From Candidatus Thorarchaeota archaeon (GTDB taxonomy: Archaea > Asgardarchaeota > Thorarchaeia > Thorarchaeales > Thorarchaeaceae): a stretch of DNA of 28,985 nucleotides. This document shows positions 7,616 through 16,775 of the stretch, piece after piece. The stretch is taken from NCBI GenBank assembly GCA_011364905.1, contig RDNZ01000038.1, positions 1 to 28,985 on the forward strand. The letters run 5' to 3'. The notes under the pieces are model-generated. The model ran no database searches, was not told where the DNA came from, and saw only the letters and a list, made by a program, of their open reading frames with translations. The position numbers and the translations under genes are program-made. Each line of letters begins with the position of its first letter. Position 1 is the first letter of the stretch.

Positions 7616-7833
7616 GTTTCTCAACCACAAAATGAGTTTACCGTTTTGCTATTTGATGGTATGGTCTGAGTGCAAAACATCTTGTAAAATGTAAAAGAAG
7701 GGATTGAAGGCTTCCTATTCGAATTGGTATCGCACTACACAAGACTTTCCCTTTGATTCCCTTTGTTTTCTGATTAGTTGTCCAGCAAGCATATATCATC
7801 TAGATTCAATAAGGCTCAACATAGGTGCTCATC

Positions 7834-8370
7834 ATGAACCGTATTGTTCAGTCAAATCCATCCGATCTAGAGCAATTGGAGAAAATCATAGGCGACTTAC
7901 TAGCGAGTATCATAGACTTTTTTTCACAAATTGAATCTCCAAATGTGGAGAAGGGCAACGATTTCATTTCCCTCATAACCGCATTTCCAATCTTTGCAAT
8001 GACAACGGAACTGGCTGTTCTAAAGGCGGACTCCGAAGGTCGGAATCAGCTCTCAGAAACTTGGAAAGCAGCCCGAGAACGGATGAAGGATATTCCGGTA
8101 CCCTGTGGATTTGAACCTCTCACCGCGAAGATAATCGAAAGACGCGGAAAATGTGATGTATACAAGGTAGGTGATACATTCGAGATTGAGAGTCCCTTCT
8201 ATTGGCCCAAGGCTTGTCCCGCAATATGGTTCTCAGCGTGGCCATTCCTAATCGCTGCTGGATTTGGTTTCGAGGGATGGGAGGGAGATAATCCGTACAT
8301 GTACAGGATTTCCTGTCCCTCGAAACTAGGTGTCGTAGTTGAATTCATTCAAACGAAGCGACTTCAGTAA
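7834..8370 (+). CDS. Hypothetical protein with C-terminal TIGR04076-like Cys domain
   Basis: GKCDVYKVGDTFEI...ACPAIW...ISCP..GVVVE pattern. Confidence 0.65.
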   Translation: MNRIVQSNPSDLEQLEKIIGDLLASIIDFFSQIESPNVEKGNDFISLITAFPIFAMTTELAVLKADSEGRNQLSETWKAARERMKDIPVPCGFEPLTAKIIERRGKCDVYKVGDTFEIESPFYWPKACPAIWFSAWPFLIAAGFGFEGWEGDNPYMYRISCPSKLGVVVEFIQTKRLQ

Positions 8371-8386
8371 ATGCACGTCTTACTAT

Positions 8387-9025
8387 TCAACTTGAAGTGC
8401 GTGCCATGTGACTCCCGTGTCCAATGACCCAAGCTAGGATTGGATATATCGCCCATCGTTCCATTGATCCTTTTGCCATTCCAAGAAAGGTGTCAGTTGC
8501 ACCAACTGGAAGCCCAAGATAAGGGATGAAGATGATTACTGCGATTAAGGTTAGTGATCCGAGAATAACCGAGATGTATGATATCGGTGAGCTCTGAATA
8601 CTATACGACGATATTGCTGCAAGTGCACCAAACAAGATGGCAATTAATGTGAAGATGCTGTGCCATGGTTGAAAGGGATATGGAAACACTCCGACTCCCA
8701 TGGCCCCAATCCCTGTAATTGCAAGTAGAAATGATTGAACTCTGCTCTCAATGGACTTCACAATGAAATAAGACCCCAGCATCAGACAGAGTCCTAAGAG
8801 AAAGACTGATCCATTGTAGATTAACGCAGTTGGTCCAACTCCAAGGTCACTTACGTAGTCAATTCTACTACTATACCCTGGATCCCATGACTCAGCAAGG
8901 AGCAAGCCCAAAAACCATTGGATGCCTCCTACATATATTAGAGTGCCTCCAAGTTTCGCTGAAACAGTTCCAGATGACTTGTCCTTTTTTGCTTGCAGAT
9001 TCTCTGTGTTTTCGTTTTTCAACAT
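8387..9025 (-). CDS. DUF998 family membrane protein
   Basis: PGYS...YVSDLG, GVGVFP...H, GSMERW motifs with several TM helices. Confidence 0.8.
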   Translation of the reverse strand: MLKNENTENLQAKKDKSSGTVSAKLGGTLIYVGGIQWFLGLLLAESWDPGYSSRIDYVSDLGVGPTALIYNGSVFLLGLCLMLGSYFIVKSIESRVQSFLLAITGIGAMGVGVFPYPFQPWHSIFTLIAILFGALAAISSYSIQSSPISYISVILGSLTLIAVIIFIPYLGLPVGATDTFLGMAKGSMERWAIYPILAWVIGHGSHMARTSS

Positions 9026-9190
9026 TTTAAATCACGAGTATTAACATAAACAGAGTGCATATAAGAAGTGGACAATCTTTGACCCGCATCGTGGTTTGTG
9101 CTGCAAACTGGGCCAAGGTGGAATAATTCAGATAAAACCAAAATCTATCCAGAAAATGGTCGTGCAGCTTTGGAATGCTCTATTGAGTGT

Positions 9191-10159
9191 TCATGATGGT
9201 GACCAATAGTAGAACTGTTTGTAGTAGACATCTTCAAAGCCATATTTTCTATACAGCTTTTGAGCTGTATGATTAATCACAGTTGTATCTAGTTCCACAC
9301 TTTCCGCATCGCTATTCTTTAGATTCTCCAGAACATTTGCAAGTAGATAACTAGCGAGTCCTTTCCCTCGATCTTCAGGTAGAAGTCCAACGGGCCCGAT
9401 TTCAGGTGCATCATCTGTTGGACGAGTGATTACAAATCCAACTACATTACCATCTCTTTGAAGGATCAACGAAGCGTCATCAATATACGGTTTTGACTTA
9501 TCAAACCAGTACTGCAAGGTTGTTTCTTGCTCAGCATGGTTCAAAGAGAGGAACAATCCTTCCTTGCTGTTCTTCAACGTATGAAATGCCGGCTGTACTA
9601 GCTGGTTATAGGACACCTCTGATAGTTTCTTGACCAGATATCCCTGGGGCAACTCAATCTCTGGCAACTCAATTGCTCTCAGATCCGATTTCATGTGTAT
9701 TTCTTCTGCTGCGAACTTGAATCCGCAATCTCGATATGAATCAACAAGCTTGTTGTAGTGAGCTCTATGTGCCTCTGAGTAGAATATTGTTTCAATCTCC
9801 AATCGACTGTGCTGTCCAAGCTCCACTATATCCTGCTTTGACGCTTCAATCAATGACAAAGTAATCCTTTCAGAGTCATTTACATCATCCACTACTGGAT
9901 AGTATCCATTAATGAATGCCATGAGAGGAAACGCGATGTAGTAATAGGTCCAACCGACAAGGTTTTCCTTCTCGTCAGTCGCAGTCAGAACATGATACTC
10001 GTCGCTCTTTGATAGTTTCTCTATGTTTGTTGCGAGGGTTTCAACTGTCATCTTAGACTCCATTGGTGTACCTTTTCTCGCAGATTCTGTAATATGTGCA
10101 AGAATCTGGCTATCTTCCTTGGTGAGTTCTTTGGATTGGATTCCGATTTTCAATCGCAC
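9191..10159 (-). CDS. Tandem GNAT N-acetyltransferase
   Basis: C-terminal VGLLPEDRGKGLA and NHTAQKLYRKYGF; degenerate N-terminal GNAT (YRDCGF). Confidence 0.88.
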   Translation of the reverse strand: MRLKIGIQSKELTKEDSQILAHITESARKGTPMESKMTVETLATNIEKLSKSDEYHVLTATDEKENLVGWTYYYIAFPLMAFINGYYPVVDDVNDSERITLSLIEASKQDIVELGQHSRLEIETIFYSEAHRAHYNKLVDSYRDCGFKFAAEEIHMKSDLRAIELPEIELPQGYLVKKLSEVSYNQLVQPAFHTLKNSKEGLFLSLNHAEQETTLQYWFDKSKPYIDDASLILQRDGNVVGFVITRPTDDAPEIGPVGLLPEDRGKGLASYLLANVLENLKNSDAESVELDTTVINHTAQKLYRKYGFEDVYYKQFYYWSPS

Positions 10160-10281
10160 TCATCCTCTGGAAGTATGGGCCAATCAATTTCTAAATGAGT
10201 GCTTCGTATTCCGTAATAATCCACTCTAGCGTATTCAATTATTCATGTATCTTGTTTTCCTTCTTCTGTTGTCTTGAATGC

Positions 10282-11310
10282 TTATCCTCTATCCATGGTC
10301 TTCAGGACTCTTCTTAGATACCCTGCATGAAGAATGATTTCTGCTTTTGCTTCTTCCTTACTCTCGGGATGAGCTAATGCACTTGCTTGGTAGAAGAACA
10401 TGAGCTGAGCGATACGAGCTGCTTTGAAGAGATCAAGATACTCGATACCGATATCCCCTATATCTGCCGTTTCTTCATATCCAGAAATCAGCGCAGTTTC
10501 CATGGTCTTCGATGTATCATTGGTGTCAATGAAGTAGTGCCCGAGAGGGACACCAAAATCAAACACCCAATATCCAAAGCCACAGTCATCGAAGTCGAAA
10601 GGTCGAGCTTCTTCTGCTTGAAATGCTACATTATCAGTCACACCAAGATCTGCATGAATCAACCCATAAACGCTCTTGCTCCTACCTAGCTGTTCGCTGG
10701 CTTCTTTCACTCGATTTAGCACATCGTTGAAGATGTCCTGATGAGCGTTTGGAATCGCTTCTCGCGCATCCTTCGCAGGAGCACCATAGCTAAAACCATC
10801 TCCAAAGAGACCATCCCAGTCCCAGTGTGGGCGTGCAAATCCCTTTGGTGGCTTCCATCCTCTGGACTGAGTATGCATTCTACCCATCACTCTACCGAGA
10901 GCTCTGAAATGCTTGGGTCGTATGTTTTTGTTCAACAGTCTGCCATCAGTCCATCCTATGAGGGTACAGTTCCTCCTCTGTGGCACTTCGTACCCTCCAT
11001 CAGCTATCGTAATCCACTCACCATCAAGATTTCTGATAGGCACTGGGACTCTGATTCCCTCTTGATGGAGGGCTGATAGCCACTCCATTTCAGAAGTAAT
11101 GAACTTCGGTTTCATGTAGTCGGGTTGGTGCAACCGAAGTGTGTATTTCCCAGAAGGAACAGGCCTCCCTTGAGGAACCGTGACCTGATACAATCCATTT
11201 CCGCTATAGTTGATGAATCTGAGCTTAACGTCTTCCAATCCATATTTCCTAAGTGCAATCTCTGCAAGCTTTCTCAATCTCAATAGAAAGGCTCGATAAG
11301 TCATAGACAT
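10282..11310 (-). CDS. APH/type II homoserine kinase-like phosphotransferase
   Basis: YTLRLH, SEMEWL, VPVP, LGRVMGRMH, GLIHADL...NV, PFDFDDCGFG. Confidence 0.88.
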   Translation of the reverse strand: MSMTYRAFLLRLRKLAEIALRKYGLEDVKLRFINYSGNGLYQVTVPQGRPVPSGKYTLRLHQPDYMKPKFITSEMEWLSALHQEGIRVPVPIRNLDGEWITIADGGYEVPQRRNCTLIGWTDGRLLNKNIRPKHFRALGRVMGRMHTQSRGWKPPKGFARPHWDWDGLFGDGFSYGAPAKDAREAIPNAHQDIFNDVLNRVKEASEQLGRSKSVYGLIHADLGVTDNVAFQAEEARPFDFDDCGFGYWVFDFGVPLGHYFIDTNDTSKTMETALISGYEETADIGDIGIEYLDLFKAARIAQLMFFYQASALAHPESKEEAKAEIILHAGYLRRVLKTMDRG

Positions 11311-11436
11311 GCTTCTTTCTTCCTCTCGATTATCAAGTCGCCATACTGGACTCGCTTTAAGTCGATTCCGAATAGAGTAAGAGTTCCTAAGGAAGGAATG
11401 AAACTTGTGTGGAATCTCACTTTCCGGATATCTGAC

Positions 11437-12105
11437 TCAAGGCTCATATGTCACTTCAAGGACTGGTAGTGATATGTGACCAGCATATTGTGTCACTCCT
11501 AGGATTCTATTAATTGCTGCCCATGTGACATTACACGAAACACTGACGTTAATTCCTTCTGATTCTCCAACAGCGAATCCGAGAGAGATCATGAATACAC
11601 TTCCCGCAACATGCACCAATAAGGGAACTCCTCCTGTCCCAGTAACATTCCATTGTGCCCAAGCGTGTCCCATGCCATCTTCATCTGAGTTGAAATAGAT
11701 GCTTCCCGCTCCCACTCCAAGAAGTCCCGGCTTGTAAATCCATCCTGGAGCTGGGCTTCGATCTGAATACAATAGGCTCAGTGTTGGACTAATTGATCCG
11801 ATTGATGCTGCAAGCACTTCCACTTCTATGAGGCAGGGGCTGACTATAATATCTGAGCCATATCTTGTGTCATCGAAAAAATACTCGATATAGTAGTAGT
11901 CGCGATCTGGAATTGTGTTGTTTATCTTTTCTAACATCAAAGAAATGCTATAATTTGCTCCTTGGTCTATATCAGATGAAACAATCGTTCCTCCTCCGCT
12001 CAGCGTTCCCTCATAGGTGGGAGTGGTCAATGGAGGATATAGTAGACCTATGAAAACAAAACCTATCACAAACACAATCACTGACTCCCTGCGCGATAGA
12101 ACCAT
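11437..12105 (-). CDS. Hypothetical membrane-anchored or secreted protein
   Basis: N-terminal hydrophobic anchor followed by a beta-rich domain with several N-x-S/T sequons. Confidence 0.7.
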   Translation of the reverse strand: MVLSRRESVIVFVIGFVFIGLLYPPLTTPTYEGTLSGGGTIVSSDIDQGANYSISLMLEKINNTIPDRDYYYIEYFFDDTRYGSDIIVSPCLIEVEVLAASIGSISPTLSLLYSDRSPAPGWIYKPGLLGVGAGSIYFNSDEDGMGHAWAQWNVTGTGGVPLLVHVAGSVFMISLGFAVGESEGINVSVSCNVTWAAINRILGVTQYAGHISLPVLEVTYEP

Positions 12106-12270
12106 GAAAACCCCTCAACTGAACTCAATTACCAATTCATTGTTATGACTGTTTATACGTTTTTCTTTCAAATGAGTCCCACTAATGGCACACCTCTAAG
12201 CGACAGACAATATTGATTCTCAAATAACATTCAAATCGATGTTCCGTTGCTCTTTCTTTGAGGGTTCTCG

Positions 12271-12756
12271 TTGGTTCTAGATGATGATTACACACTTCGT
12301 GTCGCAGCGATGAACGATATGGAGTCACTTGCAGAATTGTGGTGGGAATCAGCTCGCTATCATCAAGCGCTCGAGCCCAGGTTTCAATATGCATCAGATG
12401 CTAGTCAAGCGACAAGAGAATTCATATTAAAACAGATGCAGTCTGATGATGCTTGCTTTTGGGTTGCTCAGAAAGATAGTAAAGTCATCGGATATATTGA
12501 AACCATGGTGATTGAACGCCCGCCAATTCATGTCCAGCGAAGGATTGGCTATATCGGCTCAATCTATGTGCAATCAGAATTTCGTATGAAAGGACTTGGA
12601 ACCAAGTTATGGCAAACAGCCCATGACTGGTTGAAGCAAAAAGGAGTCACTGTCATCAACCTGACGGTGGCCTCTAAGAATCCAGACGCTTTCGAATTCT
12701 GGAAGAAACTAGGATTCAGTGAAATCATGGTTCGGCTCGAACTCAACTCAAGCTAG
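12271..12756 (+). CDS. GNAT N-acetyltransferase
   Basis: IYVQSEFRMKGLGTKL and NPDAFEFWKKLGF. Confidence 0.9.
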   Translation: MVLDDDYTLRVAAMNDMESLAELWWESARYHQALEPRFQYASDASQATREFILKQMQSDDACFWVAQKDSKVIGYIETMVIERPPIHVQRRIGYIGSIYVQSEFRMKGLGTKLWQTAHDWLKQKGVTVINLTVASKNPDAFEFWKKLGFSEIMVRLELNSS

Positions 12757-13877
12757 CCCGATGACTCCCTTTTTTCTTTCTCTTTCTCTAGCTCTTTTAT
12801 TCGTTTTCGAATGCTATCTTCAGTCTTTTCAATTCGCTTCTCAAGGTCTTTGATACGTTTCTCTCTCGAAGATGTTTCATTATCCAGCCGTTTTTTGGCA
12901 GTCTGATACACCTTGCTTGCATCAGTCCATTCCTGCTTGGCTAGACGCGTTTGTTCCTCCAGACTTTCGAAATTGATTCGCTTGACTTCTGCCAAGTTCC
13001 AATAGTCCTGTACTTCAGATTCCATCCTACTACGAGTAGAATCAAGGTCAACGTTGAATTGAGCTAATTCCGTATGTTGATTTGTAAAATCATTGAAGGA
13101 GTCCTTGATGATAGTGTCCTTGAGAAACTCTGAGTCTGAAATCTCAGACATTAAGGCATCTACTTGAGGAATCCTCCCCTTTGATGGTGCCTCTCGTTTG
13201 GGTGTTGGTGGCTTTGGCGTAGATGGCACAGATACTGTTGGTTTTGGTTCAGATGAAGGTGCCACCCCGACAGGTCTCTCCATAGAGGGTGGTTTTGGCT
13301 GTTGCACAGGAGGCGGTTGAGGAGTAGCTTTCGGTGGTGTAGGCGTGCCTAATGGTTGTGGCGATTGAGCAACACCTGGAGGAGATCCAGATATTCCCGG
13401 AGGCGGACTCATTGGAGCCGAGCTGGCTGGAGTCGGAGCAGCTGGTTGTGGTTCCGCAACCGACCTTTGGTTTTCCAAATCTCCCATCAGTTCTTGAACC
13501 TCACTGGCTCTAAGCATTCTTGTTTCTACGATGCCTGTGCCCTCTTCCTCAATGCCAACCTTGTCCGCTTTTGCAAATGCCTCTTTTGCTTTATCCATTT
13601 CAGACTTTGGCTTTGTTGTTCCGCTGCCACTTCTGATTCGGTCTCGCGACACTTGACTTGGTTTCACCCATTCATCATTGGTAGTGACCCGTACATCGCT
13701 TGTTATGGGCACAGGCGGTGGCGACTCAGGAGCTTGGGGCTCTGGGGTTGCAGGTGTTTCAGAGGGTGATGAAATGGTCTTTGGCTTTTGTTCTACCGAT
13801 AGGAGGAGGCTTCCGCACCGTGTACAGTATTTCCGAGTTGGTTGGTTTGCTCTGCCACATTTGGGACAGGTTCTCAT
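12753..13877 (-). CDS. Zinc-ribbon / proline-rich / coiled-coil protein
   Basis: CPKCG-x8-YCTRCG at the N-terminus (ATG 13877 preferred over 13973), two Pro/Ser-rich stretches, long C-terminal heptad region. Confidence 0.8.
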   Translation of the reverse strand: MRTCPKCGRANQPTRKYCTRCGSLLLSVEQKPKTISSPSETPATPEPQAPESPPPVPITSDVRVTTNDEWVKPSQVSRDRIRSGSGTTKPKSEMDKAKEAFAKADKVGIEEEGTGIVETRMLRASEVQELMGDLENQRSVAEPQPAAPTPASSAPMSPPPGISGSPPGVAQSPQPLGTPTPPKATPQPPPVQQPKPPSMERPVGVAPSSEPKPTVSVPSTPKPPTPKREAPSKGRIPQVDALMSEISDSEFLKDTIIKDSFNDFTNQHTELAQFNVDLDSTRSRMESEVQDYWNLAEVKRINFESLEEQTRLAKQEWTDASKVYQTAKKRLDNETSSREKRIKDLEKRIEKTEDSIRKRIKELEKEKEKRESSG

Positions 13878-14026
13878 TCCTTTTCTATCTCCATCAGGCG
13901 AATCAGCTAAAAATACATACATCTGTGCTGTAAAGGTTTTCTGAGATACAATGGAGGTGTATTCTATAACCAAGGTAAGCTAATATTGAATGAACGAGGG
14001 AGGTAATTCACCGGTGATATGGCTTG

Positions 14027-15610
14027 ATGAGTCATGCAATCGAAGCACTCCTAATAACAGACAAAGGCGGAAGTCCAAGATTCTACATGCAACTGGATCC
14101 AAAGGCGTTGAATATGGACCCAATTATGGCATCTAGTTTCTTTGCTGCGATTGATATGTTCTCGAAAGAGGTCTTTGAGGAGAAAGCACCAGTGGTCCAA
14201 GTTGACTATGGAGCGCGGCTCTTCACGCTGATAAATGGGGCCAATACAAACATGATTGCTGTCAGTGTTCAACGTCTGAGTCAGGAATCTATTGACGTCT
14301 TGGATTCACTTCTTGCCGAGTTTGAACTTGACTGGCTGGAAGTTGTAGATCCATTTGAATTCAGCTATGAAACATCGTTTGTAGATGTATACTTGGAAGC
14401 ATTTGGTGAGAGAGTCATGGAGAAGCTCTCACTCAGGCTCTTGGGCGAAGCTTGGGTTCCGTATTTCACAACAAAGCCTGATGCACTCAGCTCAGTCCAT
14501 AGTATACTGATGAATTACATAAACGGGTCTAGAAATGTCAAAGAGATCATAGAGGTCAGCGGTCTTTCGCATCGCGAAGTGGTTCTGGACCTCTCTAAAC
14601 TCTGGGCGCATCGAGTTATCCGATTCCGGAATATGTTTAATTTCAATGACTTTATGACCACTGGAACTCAGTTTGTGAGATATGCACAAGCCACCTCATC
14701 AGAAACCAGAGATCTCCGTTCTCTCCATCCAGAGATGGCTGGTGTTATCCCTCATCTTGCAGGTCTGATAGACGGACGACGAACGGTTCGAGAAATACTC
14801 GCCGAACTTGGCACGCGATATGATGAGAGAGAACTCCTTCGAGCCCTTGATTATCTCATAGAAGTGGGCGTCATCGAAGCTCTTACCCCGGAAAAAAGAC
14901 GCATTCTCTTGGTGAAAGAAGCACTTGAACTGGCAATCAGAGTGGCCGAAGGAACCTATAATGTAAATGAGGCTACCAATGCTCTACAATTTGTTATGAA
15001 GAATACAAATGCCCCTGAGGCTCTTAGTCAATTACAACTCAAAGATGGTAAATGGAAGGTAGAGTTTGATTTCAAAATTCTGGAAGGTTTGAGTCAGAAA
15101 AGGTTGATGATGCTTTTTGGAGAATGGATGAAGATTCTAGCCCAGTTTGTTAGTGCGCTTAATCCCGCAAAACTGGCACTGTATATTGGGAATCTTACGA
15201 CTGTCTATTCGCAAAGAATCATACGACGCTATTCTGCATTCGACCTAAGAGGATTTGAGGAGTTTGCCTATTGGTTAGAGATACTGTCCACTCCTACGAA
15301 GCCTCACGTAGGGCCCATTGAAACTAGTCGTTTGCAAATAGCTTGGTCCAGTGCGTATGAGGAACTGTCATACATTTTGGTGACAAGGGGGCACATCATC
15401 TACAAGTCAGAGAGCATCACCCAAATCCGGTCCGCCAGCGGAACTCCACTAATCGACCTCCTTCCTACCGAGTGGGTGGGTCGGGATCGTATAGAAACCT
15501 TTGAACGTATAATGGTGGAATATGCCAACTTGGGTCCTGCTGCTAAGTTAACTCTTCTTATCCTTGCGACACAACGTGGTATTTTGATACCAAAGGAAAT
15601 CATCATATAA
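14027..15610 (+). CDS. Longin-domain plus tandem wHTH protein, NPRL2 (GATOR1)-like
   Basis: Longin-like N-terminus (LLITDKGG.PRF, DPIMASSFFAAIDMFSKEV); then VPYF...YINGSRNVKEI...L..LW...VI and IDGRRTVREI...DERELL...GVI, collinear with NPRL2 as recalled. Confidence 0.72.
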   Translation: MSHAIEALLITDKGGSPRFYMQLDPKALNMDPIMASSFFAAIDMFSKEVFEEKAPVVQVDYGARLFTLINGANTNMIAVSVQRLSQESIDVLDSLLAEFELDWLEVVDPFEFSYETSFVDVYLEAFGERVMEKLSLRLLGEAWVPYFTTKPDALSSVHSILMNYINGSRNVKEIIEVSGLSHREVVLDLSKLWAHRVIRFRNMFNFNDFMTTGTQFVRYAQATSSETRDLRSLHPEMAGVIPHLAGLIDGRRTVREILAELGTRYDERELLRALDYLIEVGVIEALTPEKRRILLVKEALELAIRVAEGTYNVNEATNALQFVMKNTNAPEALSQLQLKDGKWKVEFDFKILEGLSQKRLMMLFGEWMKILAQFVSALNPAKLALYIGNLTTVYSQRIIRRYSAFDLRGFEEFAYWLEILSTPTKPHVGPIETSRLQIAWSSAYEELSYILVTRGHIIYKSESITQIRSASGTPLIDLLPTEWVGRDRIETFERIMVEYANLGPAAKLTLLILATQRGILIPKEIII

Positions 15611-15684
15611 CCCAGACTTCCTGATACTTCCATCTGAAGAACTATTATCTAAGAATATTGATGAATTTTACATGGTGACAGTGG

Positions 15685-16200
15685 ATGAGTCCATCATACT
15701 TATTGAAAATCGTCACAGTAGGCGCGGCGTCTGTTGGAAAGACCAGTATAATAATCAGGTATTCAACTGGATCCTTTCGTGAGCATTACTCCCCCACTCT
15801 TGGCGTAGGCTTTGCATACAAAAAAATGGACGTAGATGAGGACTCGGTGAATCTACAAATTTGGGACTTGGGTTCTCAAGATTTTCTCGAGAGAACGCGC
15901 GCAAACTACTATCTTGGCGCTCAAGGGGTCATTTTCATGTTTGATGTCACATCGTGGGAGTCTCTCAATGAGGTTATTGAGTGGAAGCATGAGGTCGATC
16001 GAAATCTCGATGATTACAGAGCGATACTTGTTGGCAATAAGACCGATCTTGCGATGGAACGAGTAATCTCTCAAGACGAAGGTCAGAAAATTGCCTCAGA
16101 TTTGGGAGTAGATTACATTGAAACATCAGTTAGACTGGACATGAATGTCAATGCGGCTTTTGAGATGATTGCCCGAAACATCATCGCTTCATTCCACTGA
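15685..16200 (+). CDS. Rab-like small GTPase (Ras superfamily)
   Basis: G1 GAASVGKT, G2 YSPTLG, G3 WDLGSQ, G4 GNKTD, G5 ETSV; Rab-like YYLGA motif; no C-terminal Cys. Confidence 0.95.
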   Translation: MSPSYLLKIVTVGAASVGKTSIIIRYSTGSFREHYSPTLGVGFAYKKMDVDEDSVNLQIWDLGSQDFLERTRANYYLGAQGVIFMFDVTSWESLNEVIEWKHEVDRNLDDYRAILVGNKTDLAMERVISQDEGQKIASDLGVDYIETSVRLDMNVNAAFEMIARNIIASFH

Positions 16201-16294
16201 GTACTAGAACTGTATTTCATCGGCTGTGGATAACTTTGCAAACCAGATTCCCAATGCTTTGTTGTAACAGTTGATTATCTAAGATGCGTTAGGA

Positions 16295-16763
16295 TCAGAG
16301 TCCATTGCTCCGTAAGCATCCTTTACCAAAACAACCTCGGATCCTTTCGCGAGAGCTGAACTCCTCAACACTATTGCCATTATAATTGTTCATTTCGCTA
16401 CTGTTCTCTGCTTTGAGGCTTGTTCTCTCGCAATCTCCAAAGGTGGTTTGATCTCCTCTGGTATTGGGCAGACAAATTTTCTTCCTTTCATTTTCTTTTA
16501 GGATACCTGCTAGAAACTTAGATGACTTCTCCTCGACGAGACCAAGCTCCGCGAGTTTCCAAACCGTATCGCTTCCTTCTCTGACTCTTTTCTCGTTTGC
16601 AGAAATCCATTCCCAAGCATGCGTCTTTCTCAATTTACTGACCCAACCGACAAGGTCTCCTCCATTTCTTAAATCTCGCTTGACGTGAGTATCAGACTCG
16701 GATTCCACTCAAGTTCTTGCTTCGAACTTGTCATTGATATGTGTCTTCAACATGAAACGCCAG
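16295..16763 (-). pseudogene. Possible degraded gene
   Basis: Protein-like stretch (WEWISANEKRVREG...ELGLVEEK..KFLAGILKENE) is preceded by an in-frame TGA and appears to continue in another frame (KFVCPIPEEIKPPLEIAREQ) after an A-rich run. Confidence 0.3.
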
Positions 16764-16775
16764 AGTGGTACTAAG

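Noticed and set aside
10282-11310. Aminoglycoside resistance gene
   Set aside because: Only superfamily-level motifs; substrate cannot be inferred from the sequence.
13356-13944. Arg/Trp-rich and Gly-rich plus-strand ORFs
   Set aside because: Antisense shadows of the Pro-rich gene.
16225-16233. Perfect DnaA box (TGTGGATAA)
   Set aside because: Single copy in an archaeal genome with no origin context; expected by chance.
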